Shown: piece by piece, positions 35,986 to 48,399 of the stretch
How the letters are laid out: each line of letters opens with the position of its first letter
How positions within the stretch are numbered: the first letter of the stretch is position 1
Assembly (NCBI GenBank): GCA_905178155.1
Contig: CAJINV010000002.1
Coordinates: 8,451,224 to 8,515,223 of the forward strand
Origin: Amoebophrya sp. A120
Taxonomy: Eukaryota > Protista > Dinoflagellata
DNA: 64,000 nt
Reading direction: 5' to 3'
Program-made: the position numbers and the translations under genes
The notes under the pieces: model-generated
Seen by the model: only the letters and a program-made list of their open reading frames with translations
Databases searched by the model: none
What the model was told of the DNA's origin: nothing

Positions 35986-38900
35986 TCACGCGGTCGGGGC
36001 ACTATTAGAGCAAGTGAGGTGTTCCTGGCGATACTTTTCCGCCATCCCGAGCGTGAGTCCATTTTCCAGCGGTTCCCAAATGATCTCATCGATGCCCCAC
36101 GCCATCATGATGGAGTAGAGCAGCACAAGTTTGGAAACCACCTGCTTCGCAGCGTCCGGTGCCGGATCCAGTTGGTTCTTGAACAGCTTGCCCGTTCTCA
36201 ACTCGCTGCTCGATTTCCCCGCGCACTGCATCAGGAGGTGGTAAATCTGCGCCGCGGTGAACTTCGGACCCAGGGCGATGCTGGCCACGTGGAAGGCCGA
36301 GTTTTTGTTCGTGATCGCGATCACGGTGGGTAGCCAACAGGAGATATCAGCCGGAGCGGAGCTATCCTTATCGCTCGATTCAGGTGCTGGTGGTGCTGGT
36401 GAAGCGTGATTTTGAGTATCTTCAGGCGCGGGTGGTCGGACTCCATTTCTTGCAAATAACCCCCTCGCCTCCGCGGATTTTCCAAATTCCCAGGACTCGA
36501 GCGCTACTTCGCAGAAACTCGCGTCTTTCTGTCCAGCCGGCGCGTTAGACAGCAGCCAGGAGGTGACGTAGAAGATCAAATTGTCAATGTTTTCCAACGA
36601 GACCGGGTATACCATAGAAATTTACTTACCTCGGCGCTGGCCACGCAAATTGGTTTCACGACATCATAATCATTTCATCACACCTGTTGTTCACAGCTTT
36701 GCATGACCACATTCACAAGACGGTCCTTCATCTGTATCTAGCGACTCAGCAATACAAACCCACGACTGAAGGGTCGACGTAGATGCACCAGCAGAGGAGC
36801 TCCTCCTTTATACAGACATCGTCCATGTGACGTCGACACTGTGCTGCCGGGAGGAAAGGTAAAAAATTCGCAGCATTCCATATCGGGTTGGGGTCGTCAA
36901 AGGGCTGATAGCTGTAAATGGACGACATCGCCTGCTCCATGAGGAAGTCGCGGTGGTCGCGGGCTTCGGGCGGCGATACGTCGGAAGCAGCAGAATTTGG
37001 ATTTGATTTCCCGCTTCGGATCTCTTTGTTCGTGTTTTTGCTCAAACTCGACAACAGCTCGAACACGTCCCGGCTCCCTCGCTCGACCAAGTGCACTCCC
37101 GTGGCGCTGGCCAGGTGCATGGAGTGCTTTCCCACGTGAAGAATCGGCAGTGTGGCTTGTGCGGGTCCTGTTGCAGCACGACCAGTCCCCCTATTGACAG
37201 AGTCTTCTCCTGTACTAGACTGGTTCGAGGGCTGAGGAGATGTAGTGGCAAGGGGATCCCCCAGGTTCTTGTGTTTCGCACCAGTTGATCTCCTCCTGCT
37301 CGTACCGGGTCCGTATGCCCATTGGTGGAACATTTGCCGGCTGACCGTGTGCGACAAGAAGCCGAGCTCCGCCTCTTCTTCCTGCGTTACGACGTGAAAG
37401 TCGATTTCTGGTTCTGCACAAGCACTCGCTTCGGCCTCCTCCAGGGAGAGCCCGAGCGCGCAGCTGGTGGCACCGCTGTGCGGAAAGAGCATGCAGTTGA
37501 GCAGGTCGCGGTAGGTCGCGACCACACTCTTCGGCGTCTCTCCCCGAAACACGCCGGTGCCGACCGCGGTGATCTTCACGTCCTTAACCGCTCCGCCGTA
37601 CAATTGGTTCAACGCTTCCTGCGCCTCGTGGATCAACTCCCGCACAAGGGTAACTGAGTCTTCCAAGCTGTCGAGCATGGTGCGGAAATATTTGTCGTCT
37701 TCCTCCTTCGCGGTTCGCGGAATCTTTGCGCCCACAACATCTTGCTGTATTTCTTTTTGGTCTACCGATGGTGTCGATGCCAGGTGGTTATTCGAAGCTA
37801 CGTCCTGCTCCCGTACTGTAGAAGTACTGCTTTTCCCATCTTCTAGCTTTTGTTCTACTCGCTTATTATGGTTTTCATCTCTTTCATCTGACGCCAATTT
37901 CATGTCTGCCATTTTCTGCAGAAAGTCTTCATCGAAGTCCTCCGCGAGGAACCGCTCAATGTCTTCGTCCGAGAGATCGGCGTTGTCCGTGCCTGCGGTC
38001 GAGCTTGGTGGAGATGTTGACCCACTTAACATGCCGGAGCTTCGTGTAGTTGCACCTCTTGTGTCGTCCTCTCGTCCCGGAGATGATTCTTGAAGCTCAC
38101 TTCGCTGCGCACCGGCGGCTGAAGACGACGACGAGGTCGTAGCACTTCCAGTCTCATCATTTTTTGTTCCACCAGCGGAGGTCGTGCTGTGAGTTGCAGC
38201 CGCAGGCGAGATGGCAAACGCGTTGAGATCTTTCTGCCAGGGTTTGTGCTTCCAGTCCATTGGGACGACTTTGGAGAACAAGACCTGTTCCACCTTCTCC
38301 TCCGAAACGGTCAAAAGAGTCACCTTGTGCGTCGTTGCCCCGATGTCCACCGCGATCAGAAAGGAAACCTTCGAACCGTAGACCAGGTCGGCAGCTGTTT
38401 TGTTGGGATGCTCAGGTTGTGTAGTTGCCGCAGATGAGAGGTGCACCGCTGGTGCAGGACCGCCGCTGACTTGGTCGTGGAGCGGCGAAGAGGAATTACC
38501 GTCGCCCCCTGGTGATCGCGGACAGGCTTGAAACAGTTGCGTTGATGTATTGCGAGATCCAGTAGTATTCCGGCGCGGTCTACTCCTGGCCGCTCCGTAG
38601 GTCGCGGCTGCGGCCGCACAGGAGGCAAGAACCGAGACTGTTGATGCGGAGGCGACACTATTTCCGTTGTAGTTCGCGGAAGATGTTGGTACTCTTGACC
38701 ACTGTTGCTGTGCATTCCTATTTGTTCCAGATTTTTTTGCAGAGGAAGTGGAAGAAAAGCTGAGAGTTGGAAAATGAAGTTTTTTATCCTGTGCGTTTCG
38801 CAAACTCAATAGAGAAGATCTGTCTGCTTGTCCAGAGGACGGAAGATATGATGGCGGAATAGGATTAGGAGCTGCAGCCGGTCCACTAGAGCCGGCGCCA

Positions 38901-39166
38901 AAAGCTCCTCCTGCCGAGTGAGTGTTACGATATGCGTGCATCACGTCGAAGCGCGGTTGCAGGAAGGCAGACGGGGAAGACGACGCGATGGCCCGTGATA
39001 CGGCTGAAGCTGCTACAACCACGTGCAACAGAAAGAGTCGACTCTGCGGCACGGGTAACCCGTGCGACGAGCATGACGATAGGCCTGGCATGGTCAACAT
39101 CACTAAAAAAATCGCGAGGAGATGTAGTTGTAAGATCGGACGATGGTTGTAACACACCGTGGACAC
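35986..39166 (-). CDS. Ppx/GppA (exopolyphosphatase/pppGpp hydrolase, ASKHA fold) family protein with N-terminal leader; multi-exon
   Basis: IAVDIGATTHK, AVGTGVFR, VVTQEEEAELGF and ILHVGKHS in the 806-aa ORF; LVLLYSIMMAWGIDEI...NGLTLG in the 209-aa ORF. Exon junctions at ~36560-36790 unresolved. Confidence 0.7.
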
Positions 39167-40178
39167 AGATACAAGTCACTTCTAGTGGAGGTGGACACCT
39201 TAGTTCTTACAGAGCTATTGGATCATGGCAATTCATGTTCATCAGAAGTAGATTTCGTTCAAACGTGCAAGTATTTTGTGACGTGCCGAGAAGCGGATTG
39301 AATGCATCTCGCAAGCCGTGCCCGTGGCGCCATTGCACCTGCGCCGGCGGTAACACGGAGCTCCTTCGTGATCTTCTTATACGGCTGTGTCTAAAAAAAC
39401 CCATTTTTGCCACTAGGGAAACTTGAAAGAATTGAATTTTTCATTTTTGTACTTTAGCGAATATAAATATATTTCGCTGTTTCCGGAAGATCCAGCTTGC
39501 CAGGGTCGAATCGTTCCTTGACACAAAAAAGTGCATCTGATCGCTGAAAATGCCGAACCGGAAAGAATGGCCATGGTATGCCTGATAATGTGCGCAAAAG
39601 GATACAAAAGAGCAGTTAGAGTTGGATTGGAGTTGGTGGTGTTGCGCGCGAGGACGTCTTCTTGCCCCGCTACGCACCCTCGAAACTGATCTTAGTCTTT
39701 GAAACGAACACAACACGAAAACGAGGATGAAGATATGATAACTTCCGCAACCATGACGTGAACACCACGATTACATCCTGGGCAGCTTGTTCCACCGAGT
39801 CCTGATGCTGTCGACCTGAAACTCTTTCCCTGTGCAAAACCTTCCTTGTGATCCTGAAGAGAGACGAAGTAAGAATATTCCTTGGCAACGAGTCGACAAA
39901 GAATAAATTCCTTCGCAGGCGGGACCGGAAAGTGGTCCATCGCCTTCAAAGATTTCGTGCTCCTCAGCTGCGAAAAGTCTAACGCAGTTCCGGTTCGATC
40001 TAGAGGTAAAAACTAGTTCAGCGTCATGATTACGGTGTCTTCGCATTTTTAGCAGGTGCCCCGTGGTCGTCGCGTCAGCAGCTGCAGCTCGTCTTGTCTT
40101 TACTATGTTCTAGTTCTACAAGCCTAGTACATTCAGACATCGGTTGTGGCAGCGCAGCGGCGTTCAGCACAACGTCGC

Positions 40179-43100
40179 TCAGAAAAACAGCCTGGAAAAA
40201 CGTCCGGCCCGCTTTCCCAAGGTGTCCACTGGTGGCGGCTGCTGCTGATGCTGATGCTCGTCCTGCTGTGCCGCTACCCGCCGCCCATGTTGCACATCCT
40301 TTCCGCCTCCGCCGCCACCTCGGGGCCCGCCACCGCCTCTTGCTGATACCGTCACACTCAAGGCGGGTATTTGTCGACCACTGTTTCCTGTCATCGCGGT
40401 ATTTCGAACACGACGAGACTGAGACTGGGCGAAAGAGGAATTCGGCGGTCGTGGTGCCTGTGCTGCAGTTATTTCGGTGTTGACGAAGACGTCTTCATTG
40501 CTCAGAACGAATTCTCCGTCTACCTGTCCAGCACCAGCAGCCCGCCCTTGTTTGTCCATTTGTCCTTGTCCCAGTAAGGCTTCGTGATCTTCATCTTGAT
40601 TGTGTGCTGGCTCCATATAAAAATCTCCTTCTCCATTTGATTCTGATGTCCTGTGGTGTGCTGCATCAGAAGCTAGCCGGGCCAGTGCACTTACCTTCGA
40701 GTGGAGACACTGGACCCCCATCCTCCCAATGTCGTCCAAAAACCCTGGGTTCAGGTTTCCGGGGTCCAGCCTGGTAGTGATCTTCAGACTACTTGAGCTT
40801 GATGAAGATGAGAGCGCGTCGGGTCCTCGCTCGTGGTTGAGCTGGTCTTTGTCATCCAAACGAGGAACCGACGTTGCATTGGCCAGAATCAGAACCTTCT
40901 CCATGTTGAGAATGCTGTGGAGCAGGCGGGTCAGCAAATGGCCGCGGAGCTGCCGCCAAAACCTCATCGGAAGCATCGTGCCGAGGACCGTCGTGGTTGT
41001 GCTTGTGGTGCCGGTCGTCGTACAAGCTGCTCCGGCGGGAGCCGCACCACCGCTACCCAACGGCCGGGGGGCTCCTTCGTCTGAAAATCGCTCCACGGAT
41101 GCCTCGAGAAGAGAAAGCGCACCTGATCTCGTTCTGTAGGTTTTACACGCCAGAGTTGCTGCATTAGCATTTCCGGCGTCCTCGTGAGAAGCCTGCGGCT
41201 CCTCCTTCGGAGGTGCTGGCCTGCTTTCCTCCCCCTCATCGTCCCGAAGGAGGTAATCACGCAAGGCCAAAAGGATTTTTTTCTCCTCGATAAGTTGGCT
41301 GCTTGGCTCGGAGGGACAGAGGAAGCCCTGATTTTCTCTTCGTCTGTTGATATGACGACTCTGCTTTTTGGTACTGCTCGACGCAGCTGCAGCATTCGGA
41401 CTTCGGTCGGAAGTGTTGAAATGTTCCTCTTCTTCTAAAACACCCCTTGTCCCAGGCGCCACTACTGTGCTTCCCGGGCCGCCGAACGAAAATACTTCGC
41501 ACGATTCCGCAAGCCTCAACGCTTTTTCTTGCTGCTCTTTGACGATTGCAAGAGTGTTGGGGTTTAGCAATGACAGGTCGTGGTGGTTTTTCGTGAGTGC
41601 TAGGCCGGATGCTGCTCGAGCTTGTTGTTGATCTGGTGGTATTAGTTTGCCGCGTCCCCGTATAGTTTCGATGTTGAAGAAGTCATCTTTCCTGGTACTT
41701 TCCGCAAAGCCCCTAGAATCGTGGTCTTCGTCTTCGGTGAGATACTCGGCAAAAGCATTCTGGAAAGACTGATCGCTCCGGTGGAAATCTCGCAGGAACT
41801 CAATGATTTCATCGAGTGTCCGCGTTTTCGGATTTGTTTTTCGTTGTACAACAGAACTACACTTTTGCTCCTTCATATTGCTTTTCTGCTCATCTTCGTG
41901 CCGCCGACCTTCATCAACTGCTTCGTCTTGATATTCTTGATACTGTGCAGTTGCCGTCGCGGCTGCGGCGTTCATTTTTCGCACGACCTGCAGCTCTCCG
42001 TTCCACAGAGGATCGTCGACGGCTTCCTGTACGACCTGCACAAACAACCCGGCGCGCTGTGGACACAACCGCGTGTACACAGCGAGGAGGTCCGTCAGGA
42101 GCGGCGAGACCACGATCTGGAACAGCAGCTGCTCTAAGCATCGCTGCTCTCGCCGGTTGTACACCAGAAGACTCTTCCGCCTACTTGGAGGTTTTGGCTG
42201 CTCTTGGTGGGCCAGGGCGGGCCTTTGAGATTTTTCCGTAGCTGCACTACCTGCGGGAAGAAAACTACTGCCGGCCGCGGCGCTGCTCGAGCTAGACGAA
42301 GTAGCGGCTGCATTACTCCTGGTCACGCCAGATGAAGGAGATGCTCTGTGATTTTTCTCTCCACTCCTTGTCAACATCATCTCAGCTGTATTTTCCAGCG
42401 ACAATGGCAAAATCGGAGAATCTACTGCAGCTGAGTCCTGGTTCAACATTCCCGCCGCGACCTGGTCTTTCTCCAGCTGTTGATGCGCCGCAATCATGTT
42501 ACCCGCAAAAACAGGCGACGAGGCTATCGCGGGCCCGAGGGCGGGCGACCCGGGGCTAGTGATCAAAGCACCCGGCCGCGCCGGGAGGACCGCTGCACTG
42601 GGTGCGGCAAGTTTCTTGCCGCTTGAGGCAGTCAGCATCGCGTGGTCCCGGAGCGAAGATTTTCGTTTCTGTTGGCTTCTGCTCCAGTGACCATCTCCCG
42701 ACGAAACTGCTCCCGCCCCGCCTCTCGCCGCCGAGAGGGACATCTTCCACGCGCGCCGCTCCTTCGCCACAGACCAGCTAGGTCGGGTGGGGCTCATCGG
42801 GTGTGCGGGCGGCAACAGGTTGTGGTTACTTGCCACGTTCGTCGGGGAGAAAAAAGCAGCCCCAGCCGGGTTGCCGCGATGAATAGTATTCGGAGGCGGT
42901 GAAGTTGGTGACACGAAAAAGTGCTGTTCTTCTACCACGTGCGGAAGATTCAAACCCAAATGGTCGTGTCGATGTTTTTGACCTCGCGCGCCCCCATTCG
43001 CGGTTTCGTTCTGCTGTTGAAAAGGTACTACCCCCGCTCCGGCTGATGCCCCACCTTCACCAGCCCCCTCCAGCTCTTCTTCATCTAGGGAAACCAAGCC

Positions 43101-44003
43101 CCGGTCCTCGGCGAGAAAGATGACGCCTTCTAGCACTGAGCGGAATTTCGTGAGCTGTTCCTCGCTGATATCTTGTTGCGCAGCGAGCATCTTGCTTGCG
43201 GAGCCTGCTGCTGAAGATGTGGCAATAAACGAGGGCCCGGCCGCAGCCGCTGTCGCATCTCCCACCGTACCTGCTGCTACTGCACGCCGAGTCGGCGAAA
43301 CGCACGCCCCCGAAGTCGACGAATCAACATTTGCGCCAGCTCTTGCTACGCTTTGGCCCCCCGACGTGGTAGGCAAAAACTGGTCCACTTTTAGCGTGGT
43401 TTCGACCATCTTCTTCCAGAAAACTGTAAGCAAAACTAAAAAGACTTCGCAGTCACTCGCGTCCTGCGTGAAAGTCTTCTGCTTGTTGTTTTTCCTTGAT
43501 ATGGCAGCTGCACCACCGCCAGTGAATCGCCCAGATGCACTTTCAGGCGCACGACTAGAGGCGTGGTCCTCACCAATTTTACTGCTATCCACTTCGACCC
43601 CCAACTCGTCACCAAAACCGGCTAGCACTCCTCCACCCTGTTTCAACATAATGCGTCTCTTCAGTAAATCCTCGGCGAGCTTCACCAGGATGGGCACCAC
43701 GTGCGCCGGGAACCGCTGGATCAGGCCAGAAAGCAAATTCGTCGCGGCCGCGGGAAACTCGTGTTTGATCTGATCCATGATCAGCAGCTCTTCTTCCTGC
43801 TCGATTATCTGGAGTGTGTGCATCTGACTAGTACCACCAGAGGACGAGCCGGCGATTATCCCGCTGCTGTTCTGGATTTCATCCTGGAGATGCTGAAGCT
43901 GCGCCACCAGAAACTGGTAGTGCGCGTCGCAGATCAGGCGGTAGAGCTTGACCACCGTGTTCTCGAGGGAGCTGCCGTGCATCATGGAGAGCCGCTCGAC
44001 GAT
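40179..44003 (-). CDS. 1268-aa ORF, probably C-terminal exon(s) of the Nup107 gene, otherwise an independent hypothetical protein
   Basis: Preceded by acceptor-like ttgatag|ATC and lies directly downstream of the last recognisable Nup107 exon. Helical segments interspersed with low-complexity insertions. Splice phase not reconciled. Confidence 0.5.
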   Translation of the reverse strand: MVERLSMMHGSSLENTVVKLYRLICDAHYQFLVAQLQHLQDEIQNSSGIIAGSSSGGTSQMHTLQIIEQEEELLIMDQIKHEFPAAATNLLSGLIQRFPAHVVPILVKLAEDLLKRRIMLKQGGGVLAGFGDELGVEVDSSKIGEDHASSRAPESASGRFTGGGAAAISRKNNKQKTFTQDASDCEVFLVLLTVFWKKMVETTLKVDQFLPTTSGGQSVARAGANVDSSTSGACVSPTRRAVAAGTVGDATAAAAGPSFIATSSAAGSASKMLAAQQDISEEQLTKFRSVLEGVIFLAEDRGLVSLDEEELEGAGEGGASAGAGVVPFQQQNETANGGARGQKHRHDHLGLNLPHVVEEQHFFVSPTSPPPNTIHRGNPAGAAFFSPTNVASNHNLLPPAHPMSPTRPSWSVAKERRAWKMSLSAARGGAGAVSSGDGHWSRSQQKRKSSLRDHAMLTASSGKKLAAPSAAVLPARPGALITSPGSPALGPAIASSPVFAGNMIAAHQQLEKDQVAAGMLNQDSAAVDSPILPLSLENTAEMMLTRSGEKNHRASPSSGVTRSNAAATSSSSSSAAAGSSFLPAGSAATEKSQRPALAHQEQPKPPSRRKSLLVYNRREQRCLEQLLFQIVVSPLLTDLLAVYTRLCPQRAGLFVQVVQEAVDDPLWNGELQVVRKMNAAAATATAQYQEYQDEAVDEGRRHEDEQKSNMKEQKCSSVVQRKTNPKTRTLDEIIEFLRDFHRSDQSFQNAFAEYLTEDEDHDSRGFAESTRKDDFFNIETIRGRGKLIPPDQQQARAASGLALTKNHHDLSLLNPNTLAIVKEQQEKALRLAESCEVFSFGGPGSTVVAPGTRGVLEEEEHFNTSDRSPNAAAASSSTKKQSRHINRRRENQGFLCPSEPSSQLIEEKKILLALRDYLLRDDEGEESRPAPPKEEPQASHEDAGNANAATLACKTYRTRSGALSLLEASVERFSDEGAPRPLGSGGAAPAGAACTTTGTTSTTTTVLGTMLPMRFWRQLRGHLLTRLLHSILNMEKVLILANATSVPRLDDKDQLNHERGPDALSSSSSSSSLKITTRLDPGNLNPGFLDDIGRMGVQCLHSKVSALARLASDAAHHRTSESNGEGDFYMEPAHNQDEDHEALLGQGQMDKQGRAAGAGQVDGEFVLSNEDVFVNTEITAAQAPRPPNSSFAQSQSRRVRNTAMTGNSGRQIPALSVTVSARGGGGPRGGGGGGKDVQHGRRVAAQQDEHQHQQQPPPVDTLGKRAGRFSRLFF

Positions 44004-44339
44004 CTATCAATTGTAAAAACGTGCCCACCTCCCCAGAGTTGTAGTGCAAATCTGCATGCTGAAAATGTTTCTCAATCTCATGCGGAGCAGACCCATGAGA
44101 AGCAGTCTCTTCTGGTGTTTTGCGATTTCTCATGCTCAAATCCGCATGCGTGGCATGCTAGACCTGTGACGCTGTTTCACTACTAGCTAAACACGACTAC
44201 ACTGCGAGCCCAAATTTGTCATGCATACCCGACTGCGAGCCCAAATTTGTCATGCGCAACAGCCAAAGCTGGTTCTGGTTGATTGGTGTAGCGGATTCAT
44301 TTGCCATCTTGACTCTGCACTGGGGACGTTTTTACTCAC

Positions 44340-47300
44340 CATACGATCTCGTCCAGGTTCTCGTTCAGGCTTTTGCGCGCAAGATCCAAAATGTACGTTT
44401 CCACGAGCTGGTCCGCAGACTTATCCTGTGCAAAAGTATCGCATGCGTATTGCAATCATGCATTACAAATCTTGTTCTGAAGGTCAATCAGCATTACAAA
44501 TTTTATTTCTCATGCCGAGGAGATTTGTGATGTATTTATACAAGTGCGATACTTTTCTTGCAGTTCATAAGACTCCTCCGAGTACAATTGCTGCAACCGC
44601 AGCTCCTCGCGGCTGTCGAAGATGTTTTGAAGAAGTCGAGTGAAACAAGATTGATGGTGAAGCCACGAGAAACAGAAATAAAGATGAGAGCCGAGAATAG
44701 AAGCACGACTGTGCGCAGCCGCTATCAAAAAAAAGCAAGCCTTCTTGAAGTAAGTCTTGCGTATTTGATTCAAAAAGCACACACGGCACGAACATCTCAG
44801 CGACGAATCGATAAAGCGAATAAAGCTATACTTTCGCCTCTCCAGCATCATTGGCGTGCTCTCCACAGCTGCACCATCTGCTGCTGGCCCGTTGGCTACT
44901 TTAGCGGCCGGACCTTCTAAATCAACTTTCCTATCCGCGTTGTCTGCGTCAACTAGCATGCCATCGTCGTCGGAAACAAGCAAACCTCCCGTCCCTTCGC
45001 GGTCACCTCCTTCTTGTTCTTGCCGAGCATCTTCTCGACGCTGCTGGGTAGTTTGTTCGCCTCCGACCACCCCCAGCAAGGGGATGGATTTCACCACGTG
45101 CTCCTTGTAGAAACAGGCTAGATTCGACGCAAACTTCTTTCCGTAGAACGGCACCTTCTCGTCGACGAACTCCTGCTTTTCCGTTTCCGAGACCCAAACG
45201 GCCAGCGTGTCCAGCACCGCGTTTATGACACTCGCGTCCCAGGAAGTCAGAATCAGTTGTGCTTGAATCCGCGCGAAGGGTGTCCGTGCCTCCTTCCGAA
45301 TGGGCAAGAAGTCGTGGTTCTCGAAGGCGTGCAGCACCTGACCAACTTCCTCGTACACGGAATTTTCAAACTCCAGCTCCAGATCACGCAGCAAGTTCTG
45401 CAGCACTTTAACTTGCTGCGCAATTTCGTCGTGAACATCATTGTCCTCGTCAGAATTTCTACATCTCGCACCGTCGATCTCTGCACGACGATCACCCGCC
45501 CCCCGCGCGGTAACGGGAGGCGGGTCGTCCTCCTGTGACAGGCGGTCGAGAAGGTTCAGGTTGTTGGCAAAGGTGCCGCACAAACGTTTCCGAATAGGGT
45601 CGACGGGCGAGATCTCTTTGAAAATGTTGAATCGCGTGGCTTCTTCAACTGAACGGGAGCCCGGTGCTTGTCTCTTCTTGGTCCCCAGATGAAGGGCCTG
45701 CTGTGTCATTATTCTCATGGCCAGCCAGCTTTCCACAAAATGCTCCTTGACGCAGTGAAGCTCGGCCCTGTGGTTCAAATGCGTCAACAAGCTTTGCGTG
45801 GCCTGAAGCAAGCAGAAGAATTCTCAGTCGTTGCGAGTATGTATGTGTCTCTTGCAAATAATAAATTGTCAATGATCTTCGATGGTCGCAGCCATGATAG
45901 TGAAACAAGAAATTATAAAGACCGAGCAGCTCCTTAAAGTATTGTACCACACGTGATCCCACCACGTGAAGCTCATCCGATGCAAGCACGGCGCTACTCC
46001 GGCGAGGTATCCGGTGATGGCAATTTCAAAATCGCCACTGCTCGTCAACAAAGTGGCTGGGGTTGAAGACGAGGGGACATCATCTCCACCTGCAGCACCG
46101 AAACTTGGCACGCCCGCGACAAAGCCAGCGGCGTTTCTTGCTGTTTTTCCGCCTCTATAATACGGGTAAGGGTAGGAAGCTGAGCCTCTGTTAGTCCCTA
46201 CTTGTAGTCCTGCATGATAATCATGCTGATGCTCGACGATAGCATTTATCTTCTTCTTTGCAATTTCCCACTGCATCAGCTTCCACGTCCTGCGCTGCTG
46301 GTTCCCGCAGATTGCGAAACTGCGCGTTTTCGCATCCGCTTTTGGCTCTGGCAGTAACGTCGCTGGAGCTGGTGGTCTGTTTCGGGTGTTGCAGCAGAAC
46401 ACCTCCGACCAATCAACGTACTTACACTCGCTGGCATTCGCATTGACAGGCTCGCGCCCCTCGTCGTCGTCCTCTCGTGGGTCTTGGTCCATCACAACAT
46501 CTTCTTCCGAAGACGAGGAGGTCGCAGAACCTCCCATCGCCATCCTGCTTGCATCCTCTTCTCTCCGTTCTGGGTCAAAATTCCGCTTCAGCACATGGTG
46601 GATCCGTACGGCTGCACTTCTAGAATATTTTGCAGGTTTCGAGGAACTGGCACTGGCGCTTCCTGGAAGTACCGAAGAAAACGAGGTTGGAACCAGCCCA
46701 GATCCGGTAGCAACATTGTTCCCCCTTCTGGAAGAACTGCACGACTGTCCTCCCTGTTCCGGAAGCACCCCCTGCAAGACCGCGGCACGCCAGAATTGCT
46801 TCTGTTCCGCGCAGAGCTCGAACGCAGCGGCCAGGTCGCCGATGCGGAGCAGGTGCCACAGGTCTTGCAGAAACTTGTGCTCCGTCTGAAGGTCTTTCGG
46901 GTCGAGGAGGGAGGCTTGGGCGGCCATTCGCGAAGGCGTTGTGCTGGAAGATGAAGAGGACGCCAGGCCGTCTGGGTGAAACATTCGTGCGGTCCGCATG
47001 CGTTCCGCATTTGAGTGCACACTCGCGCCGCCGAGCATCGGACGCGGAAGCTTGGACCTAAAAAACAAAGAAAAAAGGGCAATGATTGACCTGTACGACT
47101 ACGACCGAGGGTATCACGTAAAGATAATTCAACCTCTCCCGCAGCATTCGGCTACATGCAGATGTCAGACACAGATCACCGCTCGTTGAGGTTGTTGAAA
47201 TAGAGATGACACAAGATCATAAAATGGCTATAGCTTCTAATTATCTGGTAGGGGTTTCATCACATACCGATACCTCTTTTTTAAGCTATCCAGGGTTGCT

Positions 47301-48399
47301 GCGAAGCTGCAATCAGCCTGCAGGTTAAGATGGTGTGCTGTGGAGCTTTCAGCTGCAGCTGACGAAAACGGACCATCTGACTCGTTCCCGCTCGTCCCAG
47401 CGCTGCTCCCGCCGGCGTGGACCGTGTTGGGGTTCTTGTAGATGCTTACGTTGTTGAAGTCGCACTCACTTTTGTACACCCATCGGAGCCAGCGAAGAAC
47501 TCCGACAAAGTTTCGGTAAGATTGGCTAGTCGCGAAAGCCTCCTTCAGAAAATCAGCCTCGGTTTTCATCGGCTTACCTGCTTTAATTCTGGACTTATCT
47601 TTTGGTTTTAGCACGTCCTCTAGCCGGTCTAATGATAGTGATAAAACCAATCAAAGAAAGCACCGGCGAGGAAATGAAAATGATCTGCATCTCTGCGCCG
47701 TTCGCCGCGCAGGTATATAAGCACTGCAGATATTAAAGTAGCTCCAGACACTTGTCTCCTACCTCCGTCCGAACTGCCACTGTAGCTGGTCGCGACCGCC
47801 TCTGCAATTTCCTCCCGTTCCAGGTCGAGCCTTATTTGCGTGCCTTCGAAATCCGTGCGCTCAATGAACCAGATCAGGTGCCACGTGATGTAGGCCTGCT
47901 TCGCAGCGTGGATTTCGGCCTTCAACGTGTCCAACTCCTTTTCCATCATTTGCTTGTGATGCGGATGTTGGTGGCTGTTCCCATTTTTCACGTACAGCTG
48001 CTGCTGGTGCTCGATTTGCTCCGCCTTGGTCATCAGCAAACTCAGATCCTCAATAGACTCGTCGATAAAGTCCTCCAGGGTTTGCAACGGCGGGTGAAAC
48101 TGCGGCTGGAGAGGGTCGCGGGTATGGTCGTGAGCGCCATCGTTGATGTCGTGCGCATCGGAGGAGGACGAGGAGGTAGATGACGGCGCTTTGTTTCTGG
48201 CTGCACTTGAGGATGTGTAATTGTGCTCCATCTTGTTATGTCTGTTTCGGGACGAGCAGTTCGCGGAACCGGCAGAAGGACCCGCCACCGCAGAGGAAGA
48301 ACTCGAAGAAGGGACGGAAGACGCACCGGAGCCGGAGCCCATTGGCGGCAACATCTTCGCGGCGATAGTGTCCTTCTCCTTCGATGAAGCCGGCGGCAA
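44340..48399 (-). CDS. NUP107: Nuclear pore complex protein Nup107/Nup84 (multi-exon)
   Basis: Motifs LDPKD...FLQDLWHLLRIGDLAAAFELCAEQKQFWRAAVLQG, GNQQRRTWK, FEIAITGYLAG...TWWDHVW and RIQAQLIL occur in the family order. Phase-compatible GT-AG introns separate the 256-, 137- and 399-aa ORFs. Confidence 0.85.
44422..44569. mobile_element. Introner copy C (148 bp, 5-bp TSD AGACT) in Nup107
   Basis: TIRs TATCCTGTGCAAAAGTATCGCA / TGCGATACTTTTCTTGCAGTTCATA; AGACT at 44417-44421 and 44570-44574. Removal gives YSEES|ADQLVETYILDL, followed by a GTGAGT donor at 44339. Confidence 0.88.

Noticed and set aside
36560-36670. Weak inverted repeat that might bound another non-canonical intron in the Ppx/GppA gene
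   Set aside because: Low identity and no clear direct repeat; the junction cannot be fixed without cDNA.
44201-44255. 24-bp direct repeat ACTGCGAGCCCAAATTTGTCATGC
   Set aside because: Two copies only, intronic, not a CRISPR array; similarity to the introner interior is too short to call.
47221-47230. TAGCCATTTT on the minus strand resembling part of the dinoflagellate spliced leader
   Set aside because: Only a 10-nt match, inside a Nup107 intron; compatible with chance.
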